Assembly: GCA_018398765.1 (NCBI GenBank)
Contig: JAHBMJ010000244.1
Coordinates: 1-52,769, forward strand
Source of the DNA: Chromera velia
Taxonomy: Eukaryota
Reading direction: 5' to 3'
DNA length: 52,769 nt
Shown in pieces: positions 47,786-52,769 of this stretch (position 1 is its first letter; every line of letters starts with the position of its first letter). The notes under the pieces are model-generated. The model was not told the DNA's origin. It searched no databases and was given only the letters and a program-made list of their open reading frames with translations. The position numbers and the translations under genes are program-made.

Positions 47786-50700
47786 TCTCGCCGAGAGCCA
47801 ACATGGAATGCTCTCACACTCTCCCGCTTCGAGCATTCAGATTTCGATAACGACTTCCCCCCCCCTCCCGCACAAAGAGAAAGAGAGAAAAGAAAGGACA
47901 AGAGAAGAAAAAGGTCAGAGGAGACAGGAGCAAAAGAAGGGTCTCTCTGTCACGTTCCATCCAGACAAGCAGTTCAATCCATGCACTCAAATTCCTTCTT
48001 TCCTTCCTTCTTGCCCTCTTTTTCTTTCTGTCGACCGAAGATCGCCTCCCTCCTTCCATCAGCCTTCGTTCATTCCCTCTTCGTTCATTTCCCCAACCCC
48101 TTCATTCCCATCGTTTCGTCTTCCTTTCCTTCAGTCATCTCATGCAGGAGGAAAGAAAACGTCGAGTTGAATTCACATCACCACAGCAACATGCATACAG
48201 CGAAGCCCTCTTCATGTTCACGTTCATGTCTGCATCGACCAGCTGACCAGTGATGCATCCATCAAGGGCCGGTAGAGCTGCCCCTCTCTGTCTTTCTTTG
48301 TCAACACATGTTGATGTATGCGAAAAGGGAGGATGGATGAGGGACGAAACGAATGAAAGGACCAACAGACAATTAAGTTCTCATGATGATCGAGCAAGCA
48401 AGGAGGGAAGAAAGCAAGAACGGACGGACGGTTCGATGACGTCATTCTTTCATGCAGACAGACAGACTCACACGACGCATGCATGTATCTGAGCCTGGAA
48501 GAAAGAAAACTGACTGGCACGCATTCATCCGCATCGGGCAGAGCGAGAAAGAGAGATAGAAAGAGAGAGAATGACAGACAGATGAAGCAAAAGACGGAGC
48601 CTCCACCCCTTTCGATCTTTGCCGAAGGAAGGAAGGAAGGAAAGAAGGGATTCAAAGAAGCGGTTGAAGAGAGAGGGAGTGGCAACAAATGAGCAATCCG
48701 GCAGGAAGGAGAGGAAGGGGAATCACGAAAAAGAAGAGAACGAGGGCGGTAGACATTAGAGAGAGAATAGAGAGATTGCCACAAACACAAATCATTGATC
48801 ATCAATCAAAAGAAGTTGGTGAGTAGGTCAACAAACCACCCTTCCTCACGCCACCATGAAAGCGAGCATACGAGAGAGAAAAGAGAAGGGGAGGAAAACC
48901 AAAAATTCCAGCGTGGGCACAAGGGAGTGACTCCATATTCGTTTACTCTTTCAAGTGCGAGTATCTACTCATCCACACTTTGTCCATACACACGGAATGA
49001 ATGGCATGCAGGTTCGATCGAATGAACACAATCACACATGCAGGCATACAGAACATGAATGAATTTAATCGGACGAGAGAAAAGGTACGGAAGGAATTGG
49101 CAACACCTGACTGAATTCACATGGTGCATAGATAGGTTGTTTTGTTGAAGAACGGGAATCGCCCTCCTTTCCTTTTCTTTCTCTGGCGGGCTTATCGGAT
49201 TAAATTAAATGGCACAAGTCAAGGACTCCCTCCCATCACGAAATGTATGCACACATGAGGACGGACCAAGGCAGAAAGGACCGGGGAGGGAGTGATGTCT
49301 TTCGACGTTTTCTTTCATTGTTTCTCTGGGGAGGATGGGTGCGGAAAGTGACGGGACGATGTCAAGAACGAAATTACAGAAGAGGCTTGGGAGACTGATT
49401 GAGTGATTCAACCAAACCTCCTGACGGGAAGAGGCGAAAAGGAAGGAGAAGAGGAGGGCATGGAGAGAAGAAACAGTGAGTCCTTCTCCCTCCCGCGCTC
49501 ACGGATACGCAATGCGATTTTTTTTGCGGTTCAGCGGTACTGCCCTTGACCCAAATGTTCACAGAGAAAGAAAGGAACTAAGCATGTCTCTCCACCGTCG
49601 CTGTTCCCGGTAAAGGAAGCGGATGGACAACAAAGAAGAAAGAAGAGACACTGACAGCTTTTGAAATAATGTCAACTACAACGAGACACAAAAACATCCG
49701 TGCCGGACAGACGAAACACAACCATTCATGCGTATGATCAGAAAGGAAGAATGAAGCACCGCTAGCTCACTGCGTTCACACTCTCCACAAGAAAGACAAA
49801 GACCGATGCAAAGAAGAAAGGAGGGAAGAAAGAGAGACAGAAAGAAACAAAAGAAGAAACAAAAAGCAACAGCAAAGAGTGGCAGGAAGGACAGGGCGAG
49901 GAAGGAAGGAAGGAAGGAAGGAAGGAAAGAAGGAAGGTACGACACAACTCAGGTCAAGAAAGAAGGGATGGGGTATCGATGAAGTCGCATGCAATCAGTC
50001 AATCAAATCAGCCTTGCAAGACTTTCTTTCAGTCAAGCACACGATGAAAGAAAGAAAGGATGGGTATGCGATGGGCACTCATGGGACAATGCATCCATCC
50101 ATGAAAATTGAACGAAGAGTTACGGCAGAAAGAAAGAGACAGAAGCAAAGAAAAAAGAAAAAGAAAGCACCATGCCCCCCCCCTCTCGCGAGCAAACGAA
50201 TAGTTTTAGTTTGTCGACTCACTGAATGAATGGACCGGAGGCCTGTTTGTTGGTCCCTCAACGATTGACGACACGAAGACGAAGGAAGGAGACGAATGAA
50301 TGAATATGCATAACAAACATGTGGACGCCCCCCCCCCTTCCCTGATTCTCTGGAGCATCTCCCCAAGAGACAGAGACCACCCATGAAAGCTCTCTATTCT
50401 TGTGTCTTTCTATCTGTATGTCAACACACATGCAAATATCATTCCCGCCCCCCTGCAAGCAAAGTGTACAATCAATCGCTTGCAGAGTTATCACCCCACT
50501 CCTTCCTTCCCTTTTGATCGAATCAGTCCTCCAGCCAAGAGGTATGTAAGTTTCCCAAGCTGACACCAGGTGCAACACCGTTCGGCTGGAAGAATTGATT
50601 AATTATTAGGTTAATTCAGGACAGTCAAATTCAACAGAAGAGCGTTGAAGAGGAGGGGAGAGGAAAACACTTCTAGGTGTACGGGACAGACAGACACAAA

Positions 50701-51726
50701 GAGACAACAAGGCAGTGAGTGAGTGTGGATGCCAGATTATCTCACTCGACATATTCATCGATTGTTGCTCTTTGGGGATGTCTGCATGTCACGTTTTCTT
50801 CTCTTTTCTTTTCTTCCGTCCTGAACTTTCAGATGACTGGCAAGGGGCAGGGCACTGACTTGACTACCTCCCTTCCTCCTTTCTTTTTCCCTCCCGTCGC
50901 TTCCTTCCACCTTTGCTGCACTGAACACCCTTCATTCACCCAAGAGAGGGGAAGAAGAGAAGGGAAGAGAAAGTACCAAAAGAGGACTTGTGACAATGAG
51001 AGAAGAAACAACGTGCTGCCAACAACGCACGTTACTTGATCTGGCTTTGAGTGGAAACACCGAAGATAGCCTCAACACACTGCAACCTGTTTGAGGATCC
51101 ATCGCCCCCCCCCCCCTTCTCCTGTTTTCTTTCTTCTCTGTCAACCAGCCGGTCACGGGTCCATGAAGTCACGAATTAGAATGAATGACTGCATTCGTCG
51201 ACAAGACAAGACAACACAAGGCAAGACAGAACATCCACTTAAATAGACAGACAGGAGGACAGGTAGACAGACAGACAGTCATCATATTGGAGGGAGGTTG
51301 TTAATTAGACAGATGGGGGGACGATCCATGCATCCTCCTCCGGTGCCCACAGCTTCCTTCTCTCTCCTCTTTTTTTGGTCTTCCTCTCACCCACTCACTC
51401 TTGTTTCGTTTCATTAGACCGTCAGACTTTGCTGCGATCAAGTGAAAGAATTCCTTTCTTCTTTGCCCCCACTTCTCTCCTCTCTTGCAAACCCAGGAAG
51501 ACAGAAAGAAGATAAGATGAGAGAAGGGAGGCTTCCCACCCCACAGAGAGAACTCTCAGTAATGGAAAGGAAGGATGGATGGAGAAAAAAGGGCGAGAAC
51601 AGGTTGAAGTCAAAACAGTAGAACAGGTTAAAGTCAAAACAGTACCACAAATTCGTGACGAGAGCTTCTGGCTGGCGTAGATTTCCACGTGACATCCAGA
51701 AGTCAAGCCTGCTTCCCTCCTTTCTT

Positions 51727-51766
<40 letters not shown>

Positions 51767-52480
51767 AGCACGACTCTCGGGGATTCAGTTCAGCCCCGAG
51801 AGAGAAACGAGCGCTGTCCCACATCTCTTCCTTCCATCACATCACGCACCCACCCATCGCGACTGACGTTGGAGACAGGGGGCACTTGCTTACTCATGCA
51901 ACGAAACACACAAACATTCATAAAAGCAAACTCAAACATCGGGAACAAAAAGGAAAGACAGGTAGAGGACGGAGGGAGGGGGCCGAGATGGCGATAGTGC
52001 TACAGCAGCTGTTGCGCCAAGGAGGGAGCGGAGAATTCACCACACAGGTTGGAGAGAGTGCAACCACATGGAGGGGGAGGGGGAGGGGGGGAGAGAGAGA
52101 TTCAGGGAAACGGAAAAGAATGCAGAACACAGAAAACCGCATCTTCAATTGTGAAGAGCGCTAAGATAAACACGCGCATACATACAGGTTGCATGGGCAA
52201 AGGGGGGAAAGGAAAAGAAAGGACAGCACAGCATTGTAGCGTGGAACAACACACAGTGGGGAGGAAGGAAGAGGAAGGTGAAGTGAAAAAGACAGACAGA
52301 GAGACAGACAGACAGATAGACACAGACATGGATACAGGTACAGACAGGGGTCACAGGTCATGCACCATGCACAAATGAATGAATCAAGAAGCAAGCAGCA
52401 AATTCGAAGAAAGACGAGAAAAGAAAAGTGACCATCGGGGGATTGAAGGCTCAAGACTAGACAAGACAAGACAAGAGAAG

Positions 52481-52522
<42 letters not shown>

Positions 52523-52744
52523 AAGAAAGAAAGAAAGGAAGGAAGGAAGGAAGGATGAATGCGAGCGGACCGAAGTACTACAGAAACAAAAGAGAAAAGA
52601 GACACGGAGAGCTGTTATTTTTTCCAGCTCATCCCGTTCTCTTCCTTCAGATCACAACTGTGAAGTCCGTAGAAAGGAAACAGTACAGTAATGTTGCTAC
52701 TCGTTGCAGACTGTCAAGGTCAAAACAACGCAAATAACTCAATC

Positions 52745-52761
52745 NNNNNNNNNNNNNNNNN
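52745..52761. other. Assembly gap (N run)
   Basis: Run of n characters. Confidence 0.99.
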
Positions 52762-52769
52762 GGGGGGGG

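Noticed and set aside
51596..51644. 24-bp tandem duplication agaacaggtt(g/a)aagtcaaaacagt
   Set aside because: Only two units in non-coding DNA; an ordinary local duplication.
47020..52744. Short ORFs or a possible minus-strand gene
   Set aside because: Purine-rich low-complexity, intron- or intergenic-like sequence; I could not build phase-consistent exons or recognise a domain.

Overview
Eukaryotic, intron- and microsatellite-rich DNA. The intron style (pyrimidine tracts ending in TGCAG) suggests a protist such as a chromerid alveolate, which is an inference. Bases 1-18.7 kb hold one very large multi-exon + strand gene (GGA-repeat/parallel beta-helix-like ectodomain, Cys-rich region, multi-pass membrane C-terminus) with at least four in-frame stops, each one C>T change from a sense codon. 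From 19.3 to 38.3 kb are two direct-repeat copies, 14,194 bp apart, of an unclassified virus-like replicon that is decayed by C>T mutation. It encodes a Prim-Pol + PriCT-2 + D5/SF3 helicase protein (- strand) converging on a T5orf172/GIY-YIG nuclease-chromodomain fusion (+ strand), plus unknown ORFs; I see no capsid, DNA polymerase or integrase. Between the copies lie a 52-bp minisatellite, a putative replication origin (inverted 9-bp-period GTGACA iterons around an AT-rich core) and a spliced gene with a helical header and 2 TM segments. Copy 1 carries a 665-bp MITE with CACAGTG-containing TIRs and several short duplications resembling excision footprints. Copy 2 is cut off by a 5'-truncated, decayed LINE (APE-RT-CCHC, 38.26-41.87 kb). 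The remainder is decayed gene and transposon remnants, microsatellites and non-coding DNA, ending in an assembly gap.
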